A DNA stretch of 64,000 nucleotides, from contig CAXXLQ010000004.1 of NCBI GenBank assembly GCA_963668695.2, forward strand, positions 3,680,001 to 3,744,000, written 5' to 3'. The number at the start of each line of letters is the position of its first letter. Positions within the stretch are counted from its first letter, which is position 1. This DNA is from Vicinamibacteria bacterium. GTDB taxonomy: Bacteria > Acidobacteriota > Vicinamibacteria > Marinacidobacterales > Marinacidobacteraceae. Positions 1 to 12,276 of this stretch are shown in pieces. A program made the position numbers and the translations under genes. The notes beneath the pieces are model-generated. The model was given only the letters and a program-made list of their open reading frames with translations. It did no database searches and was not told the origin of the DNA.

Positions 1-88
1 GATCGTCCGCCAACTCGCGGCGGAGCGCCGCCGATTCGGGCTCCGGGACCACCAGCTTGACGATCGCCGAAGCGTCCAGATAGACCAT
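1..88 (-). CDS. vapC: PIN-domain (VapC-like) toxin, 5' part only (runs off window)
   Basis: The reverse strand reads MVYLDASAIVKLVVPEPESAALRRELADD, a typical PIN N-terminus (YLDxSA). It lies directly downstream of a Phd-type antitoxin. Confidence 0.85.
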   Translation of the reverse strand, partial: MVYLDASAIVKLVVPEPESAALRRELADD

Positions 89-110
89 GGGTTGTGCTCG
101 CTGGCGCGGC

Positions 111-404
111 TCAGAGCCGGTCGGCGCGATCTCCGAGCAGGGCTTCACTGAGCGCGGTGGTCGGCTTGCCGACTGGCGCCGGAAGGTCAAGCGGGTTGCT
201 CTGCGGAGGGCGCGCGCGGCCTTCGGCAACCAGCCGCTCCAGCGGCGAAAGGGAGCCGGGCAGCGGCAACAGCAGGGCCACCGGAGTCCCGCGGTCCGTC
301 ACTTCGAAACGCTCCCCCCGGTCGATGCGACGCAAATAGACGCTCAGGTTCTGGCGAAGTTCGCGGACGCCGACCCTGGTCGTCGCCGCCGGGGGATCCG
401 GCAT
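111..404 (-). CDS. Phd/YefM-family antitoxin
   Basis: Phd motif VGVRELRQNLSVYLRRIDRGERFEVTDRGTPVA. ATG at 404 is preceded by a -10-like TACGTT, so it is possibly leaderless. Confidence 0.85.
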   Translation of the reverse strand: MPDPPAATTRVGVRELRQNLSVYLRRIDRGERFEVTDRGTPVALLLPLPGSLSPLERLVAEGRARPPQSNPLDLPAPVGKPTTALSEALLGDRADRL

Positions 405-563
405 TGACGCACAACGTAGCACACTTCTTGTCCAGCACGTTGCCCGGACTTCGGCGCGATGTCCGTGACGCGGGGTTTGGACGCTGCCGACTACGATTCC
501 CGACGTAACAGGGCGGCACGCGACCCGGACGGCAATCGGGACAGTCCACCGCCAGGAGCACTC

Positions 564-1376
564 ATGGGTTTTTGGGGCACGCTAATCGGAGGCACGCTCG
601 GGTGGACCTTCGGCGGGCCGCTCGGGGCGATGCTGGGCGCCGCGATCGGGTCGAACCTGTCGGGCGGGGCACGCACCGAGGCCTGGTCCGGCGGCCGGCC
701 GGGCATGCCTCCGCCGGCGCCTCCGCACGCGGGCAGCGCCGAACAGCGCCGGGTGGCGTTCTTTGTCGCCACCTTCGGGGTGATGGGCCACATCGCCAAC
801 GCGGACGGCCATGTGAGCGAGGAAGAAGCTCAACTCGCCCGCGACGTCATGACCGGACTCGGGCTCGATGCCCAGGACCGGAACCTCGCGGGCCGGCTCT
901 TCAACGAAGGGAAGTCACCGCGCTTCGCGCTCGACGACGCCCTCGCGCAGCTCGTCCAGGTGGCCGGCCGGCGCCGGAACCTGCTCCGCGCCTTCGTGGA
1001 GATCCAGTTCAAGGCCGCTTGGGCCGACGGCAGCGTCCACCCTGAAGAACGCCGGATCCTGGACCACATCGGGGCGCTCCTCGGTTTCTCCCGCGCCGAG
1101 ATGGCGCAGATGGAACGGGTCGCGACGGCCGGCATGGCGCCCCGGCGAGCCAGCCCGGAGGAGAAGCTCAAGGAGGCTTACGGGGTGCTGGGCGCGGAGC
1201 GTTCCGCCGGCGACAACGAAATCCGCTCCACCTATCGCCGGCTCATGCGGCAGCATCATCCCGACCGCCTCGCGGCGCAGGGGCTCCCCGAGGAAATGAA
1301 GGGAGAAGCCACCCGGCGCACGCAGCAAATCCAGAAGGCCTACCAGACGATCCAGGAAGCGCGGCGCGCCGCCTGA
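564..1376 (+). CDS. djlA: DnaJ-like co-chaperone DjlA (TerB + J domain)
   Basis: N-terminal Gly-rich TM ([18 protein letters not shown]), TerB motif ADGHVSEEE, and a C-terminal J domain with HHPDRL. The start is placed at MGFWG after a GGAG RBS. Confidence 0.9.
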   Translation: MGFWGTLIGGTLGWTFGGPLGAMLGAAIGSNLSGGARTEAWSGGRPGMPPPAPPHAGSAEQRRVAFFVATFGVMGHIANADGHVSEEEAQLARDVMTGLGLDAQDRNLAGRLFNEGKSPRFALDDALAQLVQVAGRRRNLLRAFVEIQFKAAWADGSVHPEERRILDHIGALLGFSRAEMAQMERVATAGMAPRRASPEEKLKEAYGVLGAERSAGDNEIRSTYRRLMRQHHPDRLAAQGLPEEMKGEATRRTQQIQKAYQTIQEARRAA

Positions 1377-1442
1377 GGGGGGTGGGAGCCGGCGTCCCGC
1401 CGTCCCCGACTGGGTCGGGGCAATAGGCGTGGATGAGGGCGT

Positions 1443-1510
1443 GAGTTTCGCGGCCTCCGGCCGCGATGCTGGCCAGTTCTCCCGGTGGGGGCCTGAAGAC
1501 CGGCGCTCCT
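1443..1510. repeat. REP-like element (~68 bp), near-identical to 9092-9159, carrying the 19-bp insertion motif
   Basis: GAGTTTCGCGGCCT(C/G)CGGCCGCGATGCTGG-CCAGTTCTCCCGGTGGGGG-CCTGAAGACCGGCGCTCCT is present at both sites. Confidence 0.85.
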
Positions 1511-1566
1511 GTTCCCCGGTGTACTTCAGGAAAAGACGGCGTACTACCGAGCGCGAAAAAAGAACT

Positions 1567-1640
1567 GGCAGCGAACCTCCGGTTCGCTGCCCGCCTGACC
1601 GGGGGGAAAGTGTGAAAGGGGGGCTCGCCCCCCTTTCACA
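1567..1640. repeat. Two perfect hairpins between convergent djlA and hppA (REP-like, possible terminator)
   Basis: GGCAGCGAACC-TCC-GGTTCGCTGCC and TGTGAAAGGGGGG-CTCG-CCCCCCTTTCACA. Confidence 0.6.
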
Positions 1641-1802
1641 AAAAGGCAACCTTGAATCGGAACTCGCCGAAACGCGCGCCAGTGCGCGAGGGAGTTTCGA
1701 TTCCGGCGCGAAGCGCCGGGCGGTTCGGGAGCGGGGCGCCTCCTCTACCGAAGAACAGCGCCGCTCTGGTCGCGACGTCGGGGCGCCCCGCTCCCGGACC
1801 GC

Positions 1803-3845
<2,043 letters not shown>

Positions 3846-4369
3846 GGGCAGGATCTCCAGTTGGTGAAAGGGCCGGTTCCCAGCTTCTTGCCGGGTACCC
3901 GGGGCCCAGCCTGAGGCGGGCGCCGCGCGCGGGCGCTGCTCCAGAGCGTTACGGCCGGAGCGGTTGGCTTGCAGGACCGCCGGAAACAAGGCGGAAGGAC
4001 AGGCGAGAACTCCTCGCGACAAATCCTCGCGACGACTCCTCGCAACGGGGCCGGAAAGCCCCCTCCGAACCCGCTTTCCCACAGTGCCGGAAGGCCGCAA
4101 TTCTACCAAAGGGCACGACCCCAGGCCGCGCAGAACCGCCCAGCAAAATCTCGCGGCGCGAAGCGCCGCCGGGGAGGGGCGTGGGGAGGGGTGTCCCCTC
4201 TCCACAGAAAGCGATTGCGCATCGCGCAGCGATGCGCAATCGTCCCGCGGAGAAAGCGCCCCGTTAAAAACCGCAGCGGCTCCGCGGTCTCTATCGCCGG
4301 GACACACGAGGCCCTTTCTCCGCGGAGACTGGTAGACTCGCGCGCCGGCGCGCGGCCAGAACTCTCTCT

Positions 4370-5206
4370 TTGCAATTCCCTTGCGGTGTCCGGATCCCGA
4401 TCCGCAACCTCGCCGGTCCGCTGGCTATCAGCCTCCTGCTGGGCGTCTCCGCTTCCGCCGAAGAACTCCGCTATCCGGTTGACGTGGCGGTCGGGCCCGG
4501 AGGCGAGATTTACGTCGCCGATATCGAGGCCGCAGCCCTTCTCCGCTGGAGCGGCGCCGGGTTCGAGGTGGTTGCGCAAGGCGAAGGGCTGCCCAGGACT
4601 CCCCTCTTCGGAATCCGGCACATCGTTCCGGAGGGCGACGGAGCGGTCCTGGCCAGCGATCCCGCCACCATGGCGCTCTACCGGATCACCGTCGCCGGCG
4701 AGATCACGGCCATCGCCGACGACGCGGGATTCGTGACGCCCTGGGGGATCGCGGTCGATCCCTCCGGCGGCATCCTCGCGGTGGACCGCGTAACCCAGCG
4801 CCTCCGCCGGGTGGGAAGCGACTCCATCGAGGATCTCGCCACGATCCGGGCGCCACGGGCCATCCTCGCCGGAAGCGACGGCTCCCTGCACGTGCTCACC
4901 GATCGCAACGTGCTGCGCATGGAGGACGGCGACGCGCACCCGCTCGTGCAGTCGCCGCCGTTCGAATTCCCCCACGACTTCGTGCGGGCCCCCGACGGGG
5001 GATTCTTCGTGACCGACGGCTACGCCCGCTGCATCTGGAAGGTCAGTCCGGACGGGCGGGTCTCGGTACACGCCAAGGGCGAACCGCTCATAAGTCCCCA
5101 GGGCATCGCGCTGGACAAAAACGGCGATCTGCTGGTTGCCGATGCCCACGCGCGGACCATTTTTCGAATCTCCGGAGACGGGCAGATCCTCCCGCTGGGC
5201 GAGTAA
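4370..5206 (+). CDS. Secreted NHL-repeat / beta-propeller protein
   Basis: Signal peptide (..LLLGVSASA|EE) and repeats [48 protein letters not shown]. Confidence 0.8.
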   Translation: MQFPCGVRIPIRNLAGPLAISLLLGVSASAEELRYPVDVAVGPGGEIYVADIEAAALLRWSGAGFEVVAQGEGLPRTPLFGIRHIVPEGDGAVLASDPATMALYRITVAGEITAIADDAGFVTPWGIAVDPSGGILAVDRVTQRLRRVGSDSIEDLATIRAPRAILAGSDGSLHVLTDRNVLRMEDGDAHPLVQSPPFEFPHDFVRAPDGGFFVTDGYARCIWKVSPDGRVSVHAKGEPLISPQGIALDKNGDLLVADAHARTIFRISGDGQILPLGE

Positions 5207-5228
5207 CAACGAAGCAACTAACAGCGAA

Positions 5229-5418
5229 GCAACCTGTGAACAAAGTCACGCGGCGTTCGACCGGCGATGCATCCCGGCTGAATCGCGACGCTCTCAGTTC
5301 CGATTCGATCGGAATACACCGGGTATTCCTCCCGAATCGCGCCTTGTCAGCCGGGCGCCTCACCGCCAGTTCTCCCGGTGGGGGCCTCGGCGCTCACGTC
5401 ACTTTGTCCACCGGCTGC
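5229..5418. mobile_element. MITE-like TIR element, copy 1
   Basis: Imperfect TIRs GCAACCTGTGAACAAAGT/ACTTTGTCCACCGGCTGC and the shared core CGATGCATCCCGGCTGAA..ATACACCGGGTATTCCTCCC..CGCGCCTTGTCAGCCGGG. Confidence 0.85.
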
Positions 5419-5440
5419 TACCGCCGGAAAGGAATGCAAC

Positions 5441-6796
5441 ATGTCTGACGAGCGCGGAAGCTGGGGTTCTCGCCCCGGTTTCATCCTGGCCGCCACCGGT
5501 TCCGCGGTGGGGCTGGGCAACATCTGGGGCTTTCCGACCCAGGTGGGTCAGGGCGGCGGCGCTGCCTTCGTTCTGATCTACCTGATTGCGGTCGTCTTCA
5601 TCTGCGCGCCGATTCTGCTCGGGGAGATCCTGATCGGCCGCTACGCTCAGTTAGGTCCGGCCGGGGCCGTTCGACGGATCTCGCCGAGCGGTCCCTGGTG
5701 GGTCATCGGGCTGCTGGCGGTCGCCGCCGGGACCTTCATCCTGTCGTTCTACGCGGTCATCGCCGGCTGGACCCTGCAGTACCTCTTGCTGGCGGTAAGG
5801 GATGGCCTCGCCTCCGACGCCAAAGGATCCGCGGCCCTCTTCACGGCGCTCGCCGCTGACTCGACCCGGAACGTCCTCTTCACCGGGCTGTTCCTCGCCC
5901 TCACCGCCTGGTGCGTGAACCGCGGCGTCCGCCGCGGCATCGAGGCGGCGTCGCGCTTGATGATGCCCCTGCTCTTCGTTCTGCTGGTGGTCCTCGCCAT
6001 CCGCGCGGTGACCCTGCCGGGGGCCGCCGAAGGACTCGCCTACTACCTGCGCCCCGACCTCTCCCAGGCGCTGAATCCCGAAATCATCGGAGCCGCGGTG
6101 GGCCAGGCGTTCTTCTCGCTGAGCCTCGGGATGGGAGCCCTCATCACCTACGGCAGCTACCTGCACCGCTCGCACCAGGTGCGGTCGGCTTCGATGGCCA
6201 TCGTCGCCATCGATACCTGCATCGCCCTGCTGGCCGGATTCATCATCTTCCCCGCCGGCTTTTCCATCGCCGGCTTCGACCCCACCGCCGGCGGGCCCGG
6301 ACTCATCTTCGCGGTCCTGCCCCAGCTCTTCGCGACCCTGCCGGGAGGGCTGCTGTTCGGGGCCGCGTTCTTCCTGCTCCTCTCGGTGGCCGCCTTCACC
6401 TCAACGATCTCGTTGCTCGAGGTACCGGTCGCACACGCTATCGACCAGTGGCGCTGGCCACGCCGCAAGGCCGTGCTGGCAGTCAGCGCCTTCACCTTCG
6501 CCTTTTCCATCCCCTCGGTGCTCTCTTTCAGCGGTTCGGGGTTCTTTTCGGATCTTCCCGCTGTCGGCGGCACCTTCTTCAACCTGATGGTGAGCGTGTG
6601 GAACGAAGGGGCGCTTCCGATCGGCGGGATGCTGATCAGCCTCTTCATCGGCTGGAAGTGGGGCTCCCGGTTCGCCGGTGACGAACTCCGGCGCGACGGT
6701 CCCGGATTCCCGAGCCCGGCGCTGTGGGGCTTTTTGATCCGCTTCGTCTCGCCGGCGGCCATCTTCCTGCTGATCGTCTTCCGCTTCGTCGGCTGA
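5441..6796 (+). CDS. Sodium-dependent transporter, NSS/SNF family
   Basis: Motifs WGSRPGFILAATGSAVGLGNIWGFP and QAFFSLSLGMGALITYGSY; ~11-12 TMs. Confidence 0.93.
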   Translation: MSDERGSWGSRPGFILAATGSAVGLGNIWGFPTQVGQGGGAAFVLIYLIAVVFICAPILLGEILIGRYAQLGPAGAVRRISPSGPWWVIGLLAVAAGTFILSFYAVIAGWTLQYLLLAVRDGLASDAKGSAALFTALAADSTRNVLFTGLFLALTAWCVNRGVRRGIEAASRLMMPLLFVLLVVLAIRAVTLPGAAEGLAYYLRPDLSQALNPEIIGAAVGQAFFSLSLGMGALITYGSYLHRSHQVRSASMAIVAIDTCIALLAGFIIFPAGFSIAGFDPTAGGPGLIFAVLPQLFATLPGGLLFGAAFFLLLSVAAFTSTISLLEVPVAHAIDQWRWPRRKAVLAVSAFTFAFSIPSVLSFSGSGFFSDLPAVGGTFFNLMVSVWNEGALPIGGMLISLFIGWKWGSRFAGDELRRDGPGFPSPALWGFLIRFVSPAAIFLLIVFRFVG

Positions 6797-6818
6797 CGTC
6801 TCTTACCAAGGAAACACC

Positions 6819-8207
6819 ATGAGCGAATTCATTGCCTGGGCGTCGAACGCCATCTACCAGTGGTACGCCCTGCCCCTCCTGTTGGTCGCCTGCGGGCTCT
6901 ACCTGACCATCCGGACCGGCTTCGTCCAGATCCGCGGATTCGGCGACGGACTCCGGCGGGTGGTCTCCGGGATGTCCCACGACCAGAAGGGCGCCGAAGG
7001 GGAGATCACCCCCTTCCAGGCGCTTTCGACCGCCCTGGCGTCCACGGTGGGGAACGGCAACATCGGCGGCGTCGCGACGGCCATCCTGATAGGGGGTCCG
7101 GGCGCCATCTTCTGGATGTGGATCACCGCGGTCTTCGGCATGGCCACCAAGTACGCCGAGGCCGTGCTCGGCGTCACCTACCGGGTGAGGAAGGAGTCCG
7201 GCGCCTTCGCGAGCGGCCCGATGTACTACATCGTGGCCGGCATCCGCCACGCCGGGATCGCCAAGGTGCTCGCGATCATGTTTTGCGTCTTCGGGGCGGC
7301 TACGGCACTCCTGGGCACGGGGAACATGGCCCAGTCGAACACCATCGTCCGGACGTTCGTGGAAGCGGCCTCCGGCTTCGGGTGGGAGGTCTCGCCCTGG
7401 GTTCCGGGGCTCATCATCACCGGAGCGGTGGGCGCCGTCCTGCTCGGGGGAATCCACCGGATCGCCTCGGTGGCCGAGAAGCTGGTTCCCGCAATGCTGG
7501 TCATCTACCTCGGCATGTCCCTCACCTACATGGCCATGAACATCACGGCATTGCCCGGGGTCTTCGCGTTGATCTTTGAACACGCCTTCTCACCGCACGC
7601 GGCGGCCGGCGGGTTCCTGGGCGTTACCGTCCGACAGGCAATCGCGGCCGGGATCAGCCGGGGCGTGCTCTCGAACGAGGCCGGACTCGGCAGCGCCCCG
7701 ATCGCCCACGGGATCGCGCAGGTGAAGCACCCCTCGGACCAGGGTCTCGTCGGAGTCTTCGAAGTCTTCATCGACACCATCGTGGTGTGCAGCATGACCG
7801 CGTTCGCGGTGCTTTCTTCGGGCATGTGGATGGACGCGGGGTACCAGAGCGCAAGTGGCGACCTCACGGCCGCCGCCTTCTCCGTGTCGATCCCGTTCGC
7901 CCCGGTGGTGATCGCGATCTCGTCGTTCCTGTTCGGCTTCTCGACGATCATCGGCTGGTACTACTACGGGGAGACCTGCTGGGAGTACATGTTCGGCCAG
8001 AAGGGCATCGTCCCCTACCGGGTGATCTACGTCGCGCTCCTCCTCGTCGGCGGCCTCGTCACGGTCGAGACGGTCTGGAACATCGGGACCCTGCTCAACG
8101 GGTTCATGGCCTTCCCCAACCTCATCGGGCTGCTGTTCCTCGGTGGCGTGGTCGCCAAGAAAACCAAGGAGTACTACAAAGCCGAGAAAAGCGGCAGATC
8201 GAGGTGA
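6819..8207 (+). CDS. Alanine/glycine:cation symporter (AGCS family)
   Basis: Motifs GNGNIGGVATAILIGGPGAIFWMW and GVLSNEAGLGSAPIAH. Confidence 0.93.
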   Translation: MSEFIAWASNAIYQWYALPLLLVACGLYLTIRTGFVQIRGFGDGLRRVVSGMSHDQKGAEGEITPFQALSTALASTVGNGNIGGVATAILIGGPGAIFWMWITAVFGMATKYAEAVLGVTYRVRKESGAFASGPMYYIVAGIRHAGIAKVLAIMFCVFGAATALLGTGNMAQSNTIVRTFVEAASGFGWEVSPWVPGLIITGAVGAVLLGGIHRIASVAEKLVPAMLVIYLGMSLTYMAMNITALPGVFALIFEHAFSPHAAAGGFLGVTVRQAIAAGISRGVLSNEAGLGSAPIAHGIAQVKHPSDQGLVGVFEVFIDTIVVCSMTAFAVLSSGMWMDAGYQSASGDLTAAAFSVSIPFAPVVIAISSFLFGFSTIIGWYYYGETCWEYMFGQKGIVPYRVIYVALLLVGGLVTVETVWNIGTLLNGFMAFPNLIGLLFLGGVVAKKTKEYYKAEKSGRSR

Positions 8208-8237
8208 CGCCGGCGGTCGCCCGTTCGCGCCGCGTTA

Positions 8238-8413
8238 ACAGCCGGTGGTGGAACCCGGGTGAGCGCCGAGAGCGGGGAGGCGCCCGGCTGACAAGGCGCG
8301 TGAGGGAGGAATACCGGGTGTATTTGGACCGAAACGCAACGCCGAGCGCCGCAAAGCGGCGCGGTTCAGCCGGGATGCATCGCCGCTTGAACGCCGCCTG
8401 GGTTTCACCACAG
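8238..8413. mobile_element. MITE copy 2, right TIR truncated
   Basis: Begins TA|ACAGCCGGTGGTGGAACCC and ends GGGTTTCACCACAG without the terminal GCTGT. Confidence 0.85.
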
Positions 8414-9043
8414 ATCAGCCCGTCGTTCGGGGTCGCCCTCACGCAGACGCTCCAGATGCCCGGGATCTCGGGACTTCCGAACAACTGTCTGCTCCTGGAG
8501 TTCGATAGTCAGCGGCCCGAGGAAATCGGCGAAACCGTCGAGGGAGCCCGGATCGCGGTGGACACCGGGTTCAACGCCCTCATCCTGCGTTCCACGAGGC
8601 ACCGCTTCGGCTACCGCTCGTCCATCCATCTCTGGCTGACCGAGGACAACTTCGACAACGCGCCGCTGATGTTGCTGCTCGCCTACATCATCGTGGGACA
8701 CCCGGAATGGAAGCGGGCGGAAATCCAGCTCTTCGACTGCTCCGACCTCAGTTCCACCGAGCATCAGACCCACGACCTCTCGCGACTGCTCTCGCAAGAG
8801 CGCCTGCCCATCTCGGCGCAGAACCGGACGACGATCGGCTACCAGAACGGCGAGGAGCTCGAACGCGAGGTGGCGAGGAGGTCCTCGAGAGCCGACCTGG
8901 TGATCACCGGTATCCCGCCCGCAACCCTGCGAAGCGATGCGGCGGCGGCGGCGCTACGGCGCTACGAGTCCACCAACGACGTGCTCTTCGTCAGCGGGGT
9001 CGAGCGAATCTCCCTCGCCGACAGCGGAGCGCGCGGAAAGTAG
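8414..9043 (+). pseudogene. 3' remnant resembling the cytoplasmic C-terminal domain of a cation-chloride-cotransporter-like amino acid permease
   Basis: ISPSFGVALTQTLQMPGISGLPNNCLLLEF..RFGYRSSIHLWLT..NAPLMLLLAYIIVGHPEW. It has no native start, and the upstream frame is MITE sequence. Confidence 0.6.
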
Positions 9044-9091
9044 GTCCGCCGTCCCCGGCTGGGTCCGGGAGGTGAGGGCGGGTGGGTACGG

Positions 9092-9159
9092 GAGTTTCGC
9101 GGCCTGCGGCCGCGATGCTGGCCAGTTCTCCCGGTGGGGGCCTGAAGACCGGCGCTCCT
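9092..9159. repeat. REP-like element, copy of 1443-1510
   Basis: Near-identical sequence, including the 19-bp insertion. Confidence 0.85.
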
Positions 9160-9564
9160 TTACTTCCAGACCGACAGCAGGATCGCCTGACCCAGCAGCG
9201 CCACCAGGTTGTAGCCGACGCTCAGAGCCGCGAGGCCGGTCTTCCGCTGTTCAAAGGCCACCGATTGGTGCGTCACCGGAATCACGAAGGCGATCACCGC
9301 CACGAGCGCGGCGTGCACTCCGTGGAGCGGACCGCTGAACCCGTCGAGCAGCACCGCGAGTCCGAAAGCGGAGGCGATGGCGAACAGGAACGAGACGCCG
9401 TAGGTCTTCAGCGGATTGAAGCCCGCGGCGATGGCCTCTTCGGTGGTTTCCATGAGCACCAGCCAGCGCTTCCCGAAGATCGGCCCGTACCAGAGGGCGC
9501 CCACGATCATCGGCACGATGCCCGCGACGACAATAGCCAAATAGTTGAGGTCCGGCACATGCAT
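9160..9564 (-). CDS. DUF1761-like small membrane protein
   Basis: Motif NYLAIVVAGIVPMIVGALWYGPIFGKRW; 4 TMs. Confidence 0.8.
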   Translation of the reverse strand: MHVPDLNYLAIVVAGIVPMIVGALWYGPIFGKRWLVLMETTEEAIAAGFNPLKTYGVSFLFAIASAFGLAVLLDGFSGPLHGVHAALVAVIAFVIPVTHQSVAFEQRKTGLAALSVGYNLVALLGQAILLSVWK

Positions 9565-9588
9565 GGTTCTTGATTCCCTTCGGGGCCC

Positions 9589-10962
9589 CTATCGGGATCG
9601 CCCGTTGTCCGAATCGGCGCCGGAAGCGCTGATCCCTGCCTTTTCGAGCTCCCAGAGCACCGCATCGGCGAATTCGTCGAGCGTTGGCAGCCTCCGCCCA
9701 TTGATGAAGAGCGTCGGAGTACCGGTGACTCCGAGCCGCATGGCCTCGGCGATGTCCGCCTGAAGCGCCGCTTCGGCCTGAGGCTCGGCCATGCAGGCCC
9801 GAAAGGCGGCTTCGTCGAGTCCGGCGCCCGCCGCGATCCGGACCACGTCGTCGACCTCGGGGCCGCCGGGCGGCGCCCGATAGACGGCGTCGTGATATTC
9901 CCAGAAGCCGCCCAGGAGATTCGCGCACGATCCGCCCCGCGCCACGTTGCAGGCGCCGGGGTGCATCACCTGCGGGAGATTCGCGGAACAGGTCGAATCG
10001 AGCGGGTAGCTCCGGTAGTAGAGCGCCACGTGAGGGCCGGTCGGGCCCTCGGCGTACTGATCGAAGGCCAGCGCGAAACGCCGGCAGGACGGGCAGAGGA
10101 AGTCCGAAAACGTGACGATCTTGACCGGCGCTCCGGGGTCACCCTTCACCGGGACCCCGTCGAGAGACACCTCCTGCACCCGCTGCTGACGGAACGAGGG
10201 ATTCCTCCATTGCGGCAGGAATCCGGCGCCCTGGGGGGACAGCCGGGAGGCCCGGGCGATGTCCTTCAGCTCGGCGGGCAACTCGGCGGGCAGCTCTTCC
10301 GAAGCCGCCGAACGAACGCCCAGAATCGAGAGGTCCACCGAGGTCGCGGCCCGGTCGCTGAGACCGTCGTTGATCACGAGTACTGCGGCGGCGACGAGTC
10401 CGGCGGCGAGCCAGAACGCCCGGACGGCGAATCGCTCGACCGCGAACTGCGGGTCGCGCTCGGCCGGACGCGCCGGCTCCCCCGGCGCCCGCCGCCGGGC
10501 CGGCAACAGGAACCAGAAGGCCGCGCCGTTTGCCCCGTACGTCCAGATGCAGAGAGAACAGAAGCTTCCGATCGCGAACGCCTGGACGCCGAACAGGAAG
10601 AGATCCACCACGAGCGCCAGGGTCACGAGGCCCAGCGCCAGCCGACCGGGCCGACTGGAGAGCGGAGCTTTCCCGAGCAGGGCGAGCGCCAGCAGAAATC
10701 CAAGGGACACGAAGAACGCGAGCCCCACCGCGGCCAGCGGGACAGCCCCCACCGTGGACCAGGTGCTCGCCGCTACCTCCTCGCAGCCCGAATTCGTGGG
10801 GTCGCAGGCCGCCGCCGCGAGCGCGCCCGCGTCGAGCCCGTGATGGCGAAGGAGTAGTACGCCCGAAACAATCGCCCCGAAGAGGGCGGCGGCAAACGTC
10901 AGCCCGAGGCGAACGGCGTCCGTTGCGCGGGTGCCAACCATGGAAGCCGGGAGTTTATCCAT
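9589..10962 (-). CDS. VKOR-domain / DsbA-like thioredoxin fusion
   Basis: VKOR loop cysteines (CDPTNSGCEEV) and CSLC in the TM region. The C-terminal DsbA domain has FSDFLCPSC and GVTGTPTLFING. Confidence 0.85.
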   Translation of the reverse strand: MDKLPASMVGTRATDAVRLGLTFAAALFGAIVSGVLLLRHHGLDAGALAAAACDPTNSGCEEVAASTWSTVGAVPLAAVGLAFFVSLGFLLALALLGKAPLSSRPGRLALGLVTLALVVDLFLFGVQAFAIGSFCSLCIWTYGANGAAFWFLLPARRRAPGEPARPAERDPQFAVERFAVRAFWLAAGLVAAAVLVINDGLSDRAATSVDLSILGVRSAASEELPAELPAELKDIARASRLSPQGAGFLPQWRNPSFRQQRVQEVSLDGVPVKGDPGAPVKIVTFSDFLCPSCRRFALAFDQYAEGPTGPHVALYYRSYPLDSTCSANLPQVMHPGACNVARGGSCANLLGGFWEYHDAVYRAPPGGPEVDDVVRIAAGAGLDEAAFRACMAEPQAEAALQADIAEAMRLGVTGTPTLFINGRRLPTLDEFADAVLWELEKAGISASGADSDNGRSR

Positions 10963-11623
10963 CCTTCGGCGACCGTCCGTAACCCAAGGCGTAGGGGGGC
11001 GCCTCGATCCCTTGCCTGAGATCCGGCGCCGGCTCCGGCGGACCGAAAGTCGTGTTCACGGGAACCAGCCCGGCCCAATAGGGGAGTGCGAGGTCCTCGT
11101 CGTCATCCATGGGAGGCCCGGTCCGAAGCTTGGCGGTGGCCTCCTCGATGGGTATCGAAGCGACCAGGGTCGCTTTGAGTTCGATGTCGTTTGTCGGCCG
11201 GGCATCCCCGTGACGTCCGGGGACCAGACGACTGAGCAATACGTCGAGGGCGCGCCGTTTCTCGCTTTCCCCGGCCACCTCCGCGGTCCGCCCGAGCACC
11301 ACTACCGAGCGGTAGTTCATGGAGTGGTGGAAGTAGGACCGTGCGAGGACGAGAGCGTCCAGGAGAGTCACGGTGACGGCCGCCTCGACACCCGCGGCGA
11401 GAAGACGCATCAGCCGGCTCGCCGACGATCCGTGGAGCAACACGCGATCTCCGTCCCGCGCATAGCCCATCGGAATCACGAAAGGAGAGCCCTCGTGGAC
11501 GAACCCCACGTGCGCCACGATGCCCTCGTCGAGGATGGCGTCGATGACCGCCTGATCGTGCGAACCCCGAACGGGCAGCCGCCGGACGCGGCTGCGGGGC
11601 GTCACCCGGATGTCGGAACTCAT
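10955..11623 (-). CDS. Pyridoxamine 5'-phosphate oxidase-like FMN-binding protein
   Basis: Motifs AILDEGIVAHVGF..PFVIPMGYARDG..LVLARSYFHHSMNYRSVV. The start is moved to MSSDIR. Confidence 0.88.
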   Translation of the reverse strand: MSSDIRVTPRSRVRRLPVRGSHDQAVIDAILDEGIVAHVGFVHEGSPFVIPMGYARDGDRVLLHGSSASRLMRLLAAGVEAAVTVTLLDALVLARSYFHHSMNYRSVVVLGRTAEVAGESEKRRALDVLLSRLVPGRHGDARPTNDIELKATLVASIPIEEATAKLRTGPPMDDDEDLALPYWAGLVPVNTTFGPPEPAPDLRQGIEAPPYALGYGRSPKDG

Positions 11624-11637
11624 TCTTTCTCCCTCGA

Positions 11638-12276
11638 ACGGCCCGTGAACAAAGTCAGGCGGCCCAGTCCTCCCGGAGGAGGCCCCGGCGTTCACGCGCC
11701 CGGCTGACAAGGCGCGTGAGGGAGGAATACCTGGTGTATTTCGACCGAAACGCAACGATGAGCGGCGCGAAGCGACGCGGTGAACAGCCGGTGGTGGAAC
11801 CCACGTGAGCGCCGAGGTTGGCCAGTTCTCCCGGTGGGGGCGAGGCCCAGCTCTCCCGGTGGGGCCAGTCCTCCCGGTGGGGGCCCGGCTGACAAGGCGC
11901 GTGAGGGAGGAATACCGCGTGTATTCCGACCGAAACGCAACGATCGAGCGGCGCGAAGCGACGCGGTGAACAGCCGGTGGTGGAACCCACGTGAGCGCCG
12001 AGGTTGGCCAGTTCTCCCGGTGGGGGCGAGGCCCAGTTCTCCCGGTGGGGCCAGTCCTCCCGGTGGGGGCCCGGCTGACAAGGCGCGTGAGGGAGGAATA
12101 CCGCGTGTATTCCGACCGAAACGCAACGATGAGCGGCGCGAAGCGACGCGGTTCAGCCGGGATGGATCGCCGGCCGAGCCCCCACCGGGAGAACTGGGCC
12201 GCGTGGGTTTCATCACCGGTTGTTTGGCCGGGATGGATCGCCGGCCGAACGCCGCCTGGGTTTCACCACCGGCTGC
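11638..12276. mobile_element. Composite, tandemly amplified MITE cluster (about 3 cores, ~186-bp period)
   Basis: ACAGCCGGTGGTGGAACCCACGTGAGCGCCGAGG recurs 186 bp apart. The cluster ends GGCTGC|TA at the stop of the next gene and contains 7-8 copies of the 18-mer. Confidence 0.85.

Noticed and set aside
3846-4369. Riboswitch upstream of the Na+-PPase
   Set aside because: The hairpins here match the repeat module of the 222-bp array. I could not recognise any riboswitch consensus; a covariance-model search would be needed.
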